DNA of 64,000 nucleotides from an uncultured Acidimicrobiaceae bacterium (GTDB lineage Bacteria; Actinomycetota; Acidimicrobiia; Spongiisociales; SHLN01): NCBI GenBank assembly GCA_947259275.1, contig CAMYMH010000001.1, positions 37,397 to 101,396 of the forward strand, read 5' to 3'. Shown piece by piece: positions 56,550 to 64,000 of this stretch (position 1 is its first letter; each line of letters starts with the position of its first letter). The notes under the pieces were generated by a model. It saw only the letters and a program-made list of their open reading frames with translations, ran no database searches and was not told where the DNA came from. The position numbers and the translations under genes were made by a program.

Positions 56550-59007
56550 TCACCTCCTGGCCGGTGGCCGGGGTCGCGACTGTCGGGCGGGCCAGGACGG
56601 CACACAGGCTGTAGCACAGGGCTCCGAGGAGGATGACGATCCGAAACCCGAATGACAGTGCCAGCAGCGTGGCGGCGACTGCACTGATCACCGAGCACAC
56701 GCCGTTGACACCCCACGCCCACGCCACCAATTGGGGACTGCGCAGCTCGAGGTGGGCCACTCCGTTGGGGAACATGGTTCCCATCAGGAACCCGAGCGGA
56801 AACAGCACCATGGTTCCCACCAGCATCCGTACCAGCGACTGGGCCGGCAGCGTCACCTGGGTGAGCCCGGCGAGCAGGAAGGGATAGGCGGCGGCCGCCA
56901 GTGCCGCCGCAGTGGCTCCTGCCCGCCAGGGGATGCGTCGCGACCACAGGCTGCCGAGGCCCGAGGAAACCAGCAATGCGAACAGCACCACCGCAAACGC
57001 GCTGGTCGGCTGGCCGATGAGCAGGATGTACTGCTGGATGACGGGGATCTCTACGAACAGGAAAGCCAGGCCGAGGAGCCCGAAGTAGCCAACGGTCCAG
57101 AGCCGGGGGCCGGGCCCACCGTGCTGCCTGCGCTCCGGCCGACGGAGCCGGGCCAGGGCCAGTGGCCCGACGATGAGCACCAGTGCCCCGGCGGTGGCGA
57201 GTAGGAGCACGGCTACGAGAACGAAGTAACCGGCGCCCCCGAATGGCTGCCAGGTGGTGCCGAGAGTGTCGAGCACCTCCGGGGCCTGCGACCATTTGAA
57301 GAAGTGGGCAAAGAAGGGGTGATCGTCGGTGGGTGGAGAGATATCGAACTTCTGGCCGTCATACACGGCGGCCGGATCGTCGGTGGCGAGGAGGGAATGG
57401 GCGAGGGGGTAGTACTCGTCCACTGCCAGCCGGCTGAACTGGTTGGTTTCCCCGGGGCCGAGATCCGGAGCCGCCACCAGGTCGAAGCGGTGTTCCCGGG
57501 CAAACGTTTCGATGGTGGCCAGGTCGTGGGCGGAGAATCCGTCCGGCTGGGCGAGCACCAGCATCAGGGCGTAGCTACGGAGGCCCACCACCGCCCCAAC
57601 CGGATCGGTACCGGTGTCACGGACCGCGGCGGCGACGACGGCCAGCAGCCGGGACTCTTCGCTGGGGGGTACCTGCAGCCAGCGCATCATCGCCAGGATG
57701 CCGTTCGGCTCCAGCCGCTCCAGGTACGCTGCCACCGCTTCTTGGGTCAGGAGGTAGTCCTCGGCCAGGCTGTAGGCACCGGAACTGACCGGCCGGTAGG
57801 GAGCTGTGAGCGCGAGTTCGATGACGTCGAAGCGGTCCCGGGTTCGCTCCATGAATACCCGGGGCTCCTCGCCCACGGTTCGTACTCCAGGAAGGCCGTA
57901 GATGTCGGAGTCGGTGTGTCGGACCGCCCGAATCGCCAGCTGGTTGGGCTCGACCGCGGTGACCGTTCCCGCCTGGTTGGCGAGCGCCACCAGCACGCTC
58001 AGCCCGCCGCGCGGTTCCAAGACTGCCGCCGCCGCCTGCGGTCGCAGGAGATACGGGAGCGAACTCAGCATATGTGGAGCGAAGTCGGCAGCTTCCGGGG
58101 CGACGAGCGGGATCGGGCTCAAGTCGTCGCCGTCGAAAGTCAGTCCGTCCTGGGGAGGCGGGTTGCCGGGATACGTGAAGCTGAGTCCCGCCAGCGAACG
58201 AATCGACCCGCTCCGGATGTGATCCACTCGGGATACGGCGCTCCAGCGGGTCGAGATGACTTGGGCATCCGGAATGCGGAGGAGGGCGCTCAACGGCTTG
58301 TATTGAGACATCTCCATGTCGAGCAAGCCCGGCGGTGCGACCGCGATGATCGCCAGCACCAGGCTCAACCCGGAGAGGGACCACCGGAGTCGGCCGGATG
58401 CCGGTTCGACCACCCCCGCGAAGCTGACTGCCCCCGCCGTGGCGGTCAATGCCGCCACTGCGATCATTCCCACCCCGCCCAACCAGGCGAGCCCGCCGAG
58501 GGCGACGACACATCCGACTCCCGACCCGCCCAGGGAGTAGGCATAGACCCGGTTGGAGGCGACCGGGTACGGCTGATCCCGGCCGGTGAGCAGCACTCCG
58601 ATTACCAGGCCGCCGAAGAGGAATGGCAGGGTGAGAACGAGGTAGTTGAAGGTGAGGATCCATATTTGGGTGGTGTCCCAGGCGATGCTGAATGAGTCGA
58701 AGGGGAACCGATTGACGAGGGCGTAAGCGGCGATCGTCGTCACCGACTGGCCGGCCGCCAGCAGCGCCCAGCGGCGCGGTCCACCGCGGCCGAGGGCGGG
58801 GAAGGCGGTCAGCAACGAACCGCTCGCCCCGAATCCGAGCAGCGCCAGGCTCACCGTGACGAAGACGAAGTGGTGAAACTGGGCAATCGCGAACACCCGG
58901 CTGAGCACGATCTCGAAGATCAGGACTGCGGCGGATGACAGTCCGATCCCGAGGCCAATGCTCCGGTGATGCCGCCGTGCCCTGCCCGGTGCAGCCATGT
59001 CAGGCAC
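56530..59007 (-). CDS. polytopic membrane protein fused to a spermidine-synthase-like (class I SAM MTase-fold) domain
   Basis: About 14 TM helices. Soluble insert with VLEPRGGLSVLVALANQAG…FDVIELALT is the spermidine synthase fold. 825 aa. Confidence 0.65.
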   Translation of the reverse strand: MPDMAAPGRARRHHRSIGLGIGLSSAAVLIFEIVLSRVFAIAQFHHFVFVTVSLALLGFGASGSLLTAFPALGRGGPRRWALLAAGQSVTTIAAYALVNRFPFDSFSIAWDTTQIWILTFNYLVLTLPFLFGGLVIGVLLTGRDQPYPVASNRVYAYSLGGSGVGCVVALGGLAWLGGVGMIAVAALTATAGAVSFAGVVEPASGRLRWSLSGLSLVLAIIAVAPPGLLDMEMSQYKPLSALLRIPDAQVISTRWSAVSRVDHIRSGSIRSLAGLSFTYPGNPPPQDGLTFDGDDLSPIPLVAPEAADFAPHMLSSLPYLLRPQAAAAVLEPRGGLSVLVALANQAGTVTAVEPNQLAIRAVRHTDSDIYGLPGVRTVGEEPRVFMERTRDRFDVIELALTAPYRPVSSGAYSLAEDYLLTQEAVAAYLERLEPNGILAMMRWLQVPPSEESRLLAVVAAAVRDTGTDPVGAVVGLRSYALMLVLAQPDGFSAHDLATIETFAREHRFDLVAAPDLGPGETNQFSRLAVDEYYPLAHSLLATDDPAAVYDGQKFDISPPTDDHPFFAHFFKWSQAPEVLDTLGTTWQPFGGAGYFVLVAVLLLATAGALVLIVGPLALARLRRPERRQHGGPGPRLWTVGYFGLLGLAFLFVEIPVIQQYILLIGQPTSAFAVVLFALLVSSGLGSLWSRRIPWRAGATAAALAAAAYPFLLAGLTQVTLPAQSLVRMLVGTMVLFPLGFLMGTMFPNGVAHLELRSPQLVAWAWGVNGVCSVISAVAATLLALSFGFRIVILLGALCYSLCAVLARPTVATPATGQEVITPQTG

Positions 59008-59071
59008 CTCTCAAGGCTATTGGAAGCCGCGTGAAGGATGCGCCGTTGATCTCCTCGGCTAACGTCGGGCT

Positions 59072-59347
59072 GTGGCGATGATCACGGTTCGGCAAGAGTC
59101 CGGGGATCGATACCTGGTGGTGGTAGAGGAGGGTGGCAGCAGCTCACAGCACCGGGTGACGGTCGACCCCGGCCAGCTCGAGGACCTGGCAGGCGGAGCC
59201 TCGGCCGAGGAGCTGCTCGAGGCGTCGTTTGAGTTCCTGCTGGAGCGGGAGCCGAAGGAATCGATCCTCTCGGAGTTCGACCTGCCGGTGATCGCTCGAT
59301 ACTTCCCCGAATACCCGGGCGAAATCGGCCGGCGCCTCTCCGGCTGA
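59072..59347 (+). CDS. small acidic hypothetical protein
   Basis: 91-aa ORF coupled (TGATG overlap) to the downstream cupin. Confidence 0.35.
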   Translation: MAMITVRQESGDRYLVVVEEGGSSSQHRVTVDPGQLEDLAGGASAEELLEASFEFLLEREPKESILSEFDLPVIARYFPEYPGEIGRRLSG

Positions 59348-59625
59348 TGGCTCAGAGGGAAACCGACATCCGGGGTGTGTTTGAGTCGGAAGGCCTGGAG
59401 CCGACGTCGTGGTCGAACCGCCCCGGCTATCGCTACGACTGGCACGACCATCCCTACCACAAGGTGCTCTACTGCCTGACCGGGTCGATCACGTTCCATA
59501 CCGAGGCGGGTGACACCGGACTCAGCGCGGGTGACCGGCTGGATCTACCGCCCGGAACCCGGCACGCCGCCACCGTGGGTCCCGGCGGTGTTACCTGTCT
59601 GGAAGCCGCCCGGCCGAATCAATAA
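59347..59625 (+). CDS. cupin-domain protein
   Basis: Two-His cupin motifs DWHDHPYHKVLYCLTGSITFH and PPGTRHAA. Confidence 0.5.
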   Translation: MAQRETDIRGVFESEGLEPTSWSNRPGYRYDWHDHPYHKVLYCLTGSITFHTEAGDTGLSAGDRLDLPPGTRHAATVGPGGVTCLEAARPNQ

Positions 59626-59628
59626 CTC

Positions 59629-60036
59629 CTAGACCGGCTCGAGAAAGACGATCGGGATTTCCCGACGGGTGCGGGCCTGATAGGCCCGGTAGCCCGCGTA
59701 GGCCGCTTGGATACGCGGCCACCAGACCGCTCGTTCCTCGGGTACGGCGGTACGGGCGATCACCTGTCGGCTGGTGCCGCCGATGTTGATGGTTGCAGCC
59801 GGTTCGGCAACCAGGTTGAGATACCAATCAGGGTGATAGTCCCTTCCTCCCCAGGAGGCGATCACTACCACCGCTTCACCCTCCTGTAGGTACAGCAGCG
59901 GCACTGTGTGTGCCTGGCCGGAGATGCGACCCCGGGACGTGAGCAGCAGCATGTCGTTGGCCACCAGGCGAGTTCCGACCCGACCCCGGGTGGTCCGGTA
60001 GAGCGTGGCGTGGAGCCGGGAGAGGCGGCGAGCCGT
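59629..60036 (-). CDS. second F420-dependent nitroreductase family (DUF385/Ddn-like) protein. Start codon uncertain (non-ATG) and abuts or overlaps the ndh stop
   Basis: RGRVGTRLVANDMLLLTSRGRISGQAHTVPLLYLQEGEAVVVIASWGGRDYHPDWYLNLVAEPAATINIGG is the Ddn core. Confidence 0.5.
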   Translation of the reverse strand, partial: TARRLSRLHATLYRTTRGRVGTRLVANDMLLLTSRGRISGQAHTVPLLYLQEGEAVVVIASWGGRDYHPDWYLNLVAEPAATINIGGTSRQVIARTAVPEERAVWWPRIQAAYAGYRAYQARTRREIPIVFLEPV

Positions 60037-60044
60037 GGAATCTC

Positions 60045-61322
60045 TCACCCCGGTAGGCGGCCCGGTTGAGGCGGCGGTGGGTCGGCTCGTTCCAGAATCA
60101 CCCGAGCGGCGCGATCGCCGAACAAGTAGTCCCCGGCCCATGAGAGGACGGCGGCGATCCGGTTGCGGAAGCCGACCAGCTTCAGCAGGTGGACGCCGAG
60201 CCACATGACCCAGGCGGGGAACCCCTGGAAGGCCCACCGGCTGAATAGGTGCACGACCGCGGCATTGCGGCCGATCACGGCCATGTTGCCGAGGTCGCGG
60301 TAGTTGTATGCCGGGGGCGCATCGCCCTTGAGCAGGCAGAGAACACCGCCGGCGGCGTGAGTCCCCTGTTGGAGAGCGTTCTGCGCCACCATCGGGGCGG
60401 CCGCCTGCGGGAGGGCGAGGTCGCCGGTCACGAACACCTCTGGATAGCCTTCCAGCTGCAAGCTGGGCAGGACCGGGACCCGCCCGCTCTGCGAGGTCGG
60501 GAGACCCCAGCCCGACACGACGGGATCGCCTCCCACCCCTGCGGTCCATACCACCGTCGAGCTGTCGATCCTGGTTCCGTCACCGAGGGTGACTCCGGCG
60601 GCGTCGACGGACGCAACCGTGGTTTCGGTTCTCACGCTGACGCCCATCTTGTGGAGCCGGCGCCGGGCGTAACGAGCGAGGCGATTCGGATAGATCGAAA
60701 GCAACCTGGGCGTTGCTTCAACCAGGATGATCGAGACACTCGACGGATCGATCCCATGGTGGTCCTTGGCGATCGGTCCGTTGATGAGTTCCTGCAGAGC
60801 CCCGGCGAACTCAACTCCCGTCGGCCCGCCCCCGACGACCACGAAGGTCAGATGGGGGCGTCGCTCCTGCGAGTCGGCAGCCTGCTCGGCGGCCTCGAAC
60901 CTTCGCAGAATGTGATTGCGCAGCACGACGGCCTCGTCGAGGGTGCGAAGCGAGAACGAGTGCTCCTCGGCGCCGTCCACTCCGAAGTATCGAGTGGTGC
61001 TGCCGATTCCGAGGATCAGGTAGTCGTATGGAAGCGGGCCGCGGTCCGTCCGCACCATCCGGTCGCCGAGGTCGAGACCTTGAACCTCGGAGAGCCGGAA
61101 GCGGGCGTTGTCCTGCCGGCGGAGGATGGTCCGAACCGGATAGGCGATGTCGCCGGGTTCCAGCTCGGCGGCGGCCACCTGATAGAGCAGCGGGAAGAAC
61201 GAGTGGTAGTTGTTCCGGTCGACCAGCACGACGTCGACGGGAGCACCAGCCAGGGTCTTGGCCGCCCACAGGCCGGCAAACCCTGCACCGATGATCACGA
61301 CTCGTGGCCGGTGTTCGCTCAT
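60045..61322 (-). CDS. ndh: type II NADH dehydrogenase (NDH-2)
   Basis: VVIIGAGFAGL and VVVGGGPTGVEFAG dinucleotide motifs. 425 aa. Confidence 0.85.
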   Translation of the reverse strand: MSEHRPRVVIIGAGFAGLWAAKTLAGAPVDVVLVDRNNYHSFFPLLYQVAAAELEPGDIAYPVRTILRRQDNARFRLSEVQGLDLGDRMVRTDRGPLPYDYLILGIGSTTRYFGVDGAEEHSFSLRTLDEAVVLRNHILRRFEAAEQAADSQERRPHLTFVVVGGGPTGVEFAGALQELINGPIAKDHHGIDPSSVSIILVEATPRLLSIYPNRLARYARRRLHKMGVSVRTETTVASVDAAGVTLGDGTRIDSSTVVWTAGVGGDPVVSGWGLPTSQSGRVPVLPSLQLEGYPEVFVTGDLALPQAAAPMVAQNALQQGTHAAGGVLCLLKGDAPPAYNYRDLGNMAVIGRNAAVVHLFSRWAFQGFPAWVMWLGVHLLKLVGFRNRIAAVLSWAGDYLFGDRAARVILERADPPPPQPGRLPG

Positions 61323-61589
61323 GATGAGAAAGCTAGGGCAGGCGGCGAGTCAACGAGCGCCTACCGGCGGGGCCGATCGGGATGCGGGACCTCTGGCTCT
61401 ATCGGCTGATCACACCGGCCGCAGTCATGAAGACGACCCGGAAGAAGGGGTGGTTCATGCAGCCGCTACCCCAATATGCTCACACGCCAGGTCACGGGGG
61501 CCATGGCTTCCGGGCTTGCTCCCGTGAGCCACACCGGCCTGTTTGCGAGCAACCGAGTTGGACGGGTGAGTCGTGGCCGCCGCAATGAG

Positions 61590-61770
61590 TTTTCTAGACA
61601 CCGTCCGGCGGGCGAGCGTCTACCTACAAGAGCAGGGTCGGGTTTCGCCGAGGCGCGGGCAATCCTGGTAGCGGGAGAGGCCGGCGTAGGCAAGTCACGA
61701 TTGATCTGGGCACTGCGGGCCAGGCTGGCCGCCATGCCTTCGAAATCGCTCTCCCACAAGCGGGTTGAGC
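61590..61770 (+). pseudogene. N-terminal fragment of an AAA/P-loop (LuxR/AfsR-type) regulator
   Basis: …RGRRNEFSRHRPAGERL…AILVAGEAGVGKSRLIWAL is the Walker A region only, with no downstream body. Confidence 0.3.
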
Positions 61771-61917
61771 CTTCGACGTCGGTGAACAGGAAAAGGAGGA
61801 GCCCGGTGGGTGGTGCGACGGTCATCCAGCGACATTCCCGGCAGGGGAGCAGGACGCTCCGAGGCACAGTGAGTCCGTGCCGCCATCGACCGTGTGGGGT
61901 ACTAGAACAAGCGTGAG

Positions 61918-62703
61918 ATGAGTTCGTTCGAATCCGATCAACCAGGCCGGGTGCGGCGGGAGCCTCCTCAACTCCGCCGGCTGGGCGTCGGGCACCTGAC
62001 AGCATTGAGTCCCTACATGGTCCGAGCCGCGCTGACCGGACCGGAGCTGACGGGCTTCGCAACTCCCGAGCCAGCTGCCAGCGTCCGGCTGCTGCTGCCA
62101 TCGACCGGAACTTCCGATCTCGTCGTCCCAGAGTGGAACGGCAACGAGTTCCTCTTGCCCGACGGGAAGCGACCCATCATCCGCACCTTCACGCCTCGCC
62201 GGTTCGATCCAGATGTGCTCGAGCTGGATGTCGACATCGTGCTTCACGAGGGCGGTGCTGCCTCCGCCTGGGCGCAAGCGGCGGAACCAGGCGACCCGGT
62301 GGCGGTGTCGGGACCGGGCCGCGGCTATCGCATCGATCCGGCCGCTCGATCGTTCTTCCTGGCCGGGGACGAGACCGCCATGCCGGCCATCGGCCAGCTG
62401 CTGGAGGAGATTGATGCCGCGGCCTCCGTGGGGGTCATCATCGAGGTCGGCGATCCCGCTGCCCGCCTCGATCTGCCGGCTCATCCGGGAGCGCAGATCG
62501 AGTGGGTGCAACGAGCAGCCGACGGCCTCCCCGGGACGGCGCTGGTAGAGGCAGTGGCGAGCGCGACCATCGAGCCGGGCACGAAGGTGTGGGTGGCCGG
62601 GGAGGCGGGATCGTTGGTGGCGATCCGCCGGCACCTGTTTGACGAGTTCGGTCTGGGGCGGGCCGACGTGACCGTGCGCGGCTACTGGAAGCACGGGCGT
62701 TGA
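61918..62703 (+). CDS. siderophore-interacting protein (FAD-binding ViuB/SIP family)
   Basis: LTALSPYMVRAALTGPELTGF…VRLLLP and C-terminal NAD-binding AGDETAMPAIGQLLE. Confidence 0.75.
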   Translation: MSSFESDQPGRVRREPPQLRRLGVGHLTALSPYMVRAALTGPELTGFATPEPAASVRLLLPSTGTSDLVVPEWNGNEFLLPDGKRPIIRTFTPRRFDPDVLELDVDIVLHEGGAASAWAQAAEPGDPVAVSGPGRGYRIDPAARSFFLAGDETAMPAIGQLLEEIDAAASVGVIIEVGDPAARLDLPAHPGAQIEWVQRAADGLPGTALVEAVASATIEPGTKVWVAGEAGSLVAIRRHLFDEFGLGRADVTVRGYWKHGR

Positions 62704-62868
62704 GGATGGCCGTTGCTGGCGGCAGGTCAAGACTGTCGGACGAACCGGATTCCGGCTGCTTCGAGCAAGGCCAGAACTCGATCAGGGCGTCCGCTGGCAC
62801 ACCCGCCATGAGCACTGGCGCGGGGAATGTCGTGGCCGATATGGCGCCCAGCGGCGTCGGCGTGGAAG

Positions 62869-63774
62869 TTACCCCGAGGTGGCGTCGGCGTAGGAATTGA
62901 CGTAGTGCTCGCGCATGGCGAATCCGTGAAATGCGCGGCGGAGCGGATGCTTGTCGGGTACGGAGGCTCCCATTGTCAACAGCGTCGCCAGTGTGAGCCG
63001 GGTTCTGTGATCGGGCCTGAATCGGTTGATGCGGAGCGATTCGAGTCGCGAAGAAACCAGATCGATGAGCTCCCCGGGAGTGTGGTCGGCGAGGGCGGCA
63101 ATGGCCAGAAGATGTCGGTGGTCGGTGAGCGGCTTGCGGCGCCAACCGCGACGCTCGGCGGCCAGGCTGAGGAACCGATCGGTGGAGGCGGCCGGTTCGT
63201 TTAACGCCAGAATGCGAGCAACGTGCCGTTCGTTCTTGTATCCGGCCTCTTCTAGCTGCCCGACCGCCTGGTCGGCTCGATCGAGCGCGGTGTTCTGGTC
63301 GAGCCCAACCGCGTCGGAGATGGCAGCCAGCGTGAGGTCGAGGGCGTTTGTGAGCAAGCGGTGGCGTTGATTCCAGGCGGTGTGCAGGGTGCCAACCCGG
63401 TTCGCCACCACCTCGAAGCCCCCGTCGGTGGTGGTTGCCACGATTGCTCCCGCGATCCGGCGAAGTCGTTTGGACCGGCTTGACTGCCGGAGCGACTCGG
63501 CCACGGTGTCGACCGCCTCCACCACCCTGGCCAAATCGAGTTGCCGGGCGGCGGTAACCGCCGCCAGGGTCTGCCTGATGTAGTGGAGATCATGGGTAGG
63601 CCGCAGCAGATCCTCCAGTTGGCTGGTGCGGGTGAGGATCGCTGCGCTTGTCACCCCTTCGACTGCCCCAACCACGGCGGCGTAATAGAGATCGTCTGAG
63701 GTCTGGTACCAGCGTTTGCGAATTCCGAGCTCAGTGAGCGTCTGCTGGTAACGAGCATCGACGTCGGTGGGCAT
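62869..63774 (-). CDS. hypothetical protein (actinobacterial DUF-like, about 300 aa, helical)
   Basis: 301-aa ORF with coding-like composition. No motif recognised. Confidence 0.4.
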   Translation of the reverse strand: MPTDVDARYQQTLTELGIRKRWYQTSDDLYYAAVVGAVEGVTSAAILTRTSQLEDLLRPTHDLHYIRQTLAAVTAARQLDLARVVEAVDTVAESLRQSSRSKRLRRIAGAIVATTTDGGFEVVANRVGTLHTAWNQRHRLLTNALDLTLAAISDAVGLDQNTALDRADQAVGQLEEAGYKNERHVARILALNEPAASTDRFLSLAAERRGWRRKPLTDHRHLLAIAALADHTPGELIDLVSSRLESLRINRFRPDHRTRLTLATLLTMGASVPDKHPLRRAFHGFAMREHYVNSYADATSG

Positions 63775-63870
63775 AGCCGCGATTCAACTACGACGCCAGC
63801 TGGCGGGGCGGCGTTGGTTGTTCACCGGTCCTTACCCCACGGCAATCGTTGGCAACTCGGATTGACGGCA

Positions 63871-64000
63871 TCAGCCCCGACAGCCGGGACACACGTCGTG
63901 CAGGTCCCCCAGCGGCGTCGACGGCCCCGGATATCCGATCCCGGCCAGGTTCTTGGCCACGGCCGCCAGAATTGACGGGGATCGCATCTGGTCGTCGGCG
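63871..64000 (-). CDS. partial CDS (C-terminus …DLHDVCPGCRG*) extending beyond the window
   Basis: In-frame to the window edge. CPGC motif near the C-terminus. Confidence 0.25.
   Translation of the reverse strand, partial: ADDQMRSPSILAAVAKNLAGIGYPGPSTPLGDLHDVCPGCRG

Overview
This is a high-GC (roughly 68-70%) bacterial chromosomal segment with an actinobacterial flavour: an MmpL-type RND transporter, two F420-dependent Ddn-like (DUF385) nitroreductases, a siderophore-interacting protein and a type II NADH dehydrogenase. Almost all genes are translationally coupled with ATGA/GTGA overlaps.

The minus strand carries a complete bacterial A/V-type ATP synthase operon in the Thermus-like order G/H-I-K-E-C-F-A-B-D (about 3.06-11.24 kb). 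Other housekeeping genes present are malic enzyme, glutamate dehydrogenase, pncA-pncB, a periplasmic Pcm, an M20 peptidase and an MFS transporter.

A sugar locus spans about 16.8-23.1 kb and contains a GH32-like hydrolase, a ROK kinase, two sucrose-phosphate-synthase-like GT4 paralogues and a HIT/GalT-like nucleotidyltransferase.

The most unusual features are:
- A diverged intergenic repeat family, at least seven copies, whose 3' end is a tRNA-like T-arm plus acceptor module. Two long copies can close a 6/7-bp acceptor-like stem. Short forms lack a ~110-nt A-rich insert.
- Two paralogous giant multi-TM surface proteins with tandem peptide repeats that share an SH3b-like C-terminal domain, one fused and one on a separate downstream gene.
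- A cluster combining an XRE-HTH remnant, a minimal nucleotidyltransferase, a prokaryotic PLA2-like protein and a 941-aa multi-TM protein with a C-terminal lipase-like domain.
- A DUF-ACP fusion whose phosphopantetheine serine is replaced by glutamate.
- An unannotated 55-aa bacterial metallothionein.
- A stomatin gene interrupted by an in-frame TAG.
- Several frameshifted or truncated genes.
- A short segmental duplication linking the pcm 3' end and the 5' end of a spermidine-synthase-like gene around gdh.
- A 0.9-kb lower-GC non-coding stretch with strong hairpins.

No CRISPR array, rRNA or canonical tRNA gene was found. All calls come from reading the translations and the raw sequence only; no searches or computations were run.
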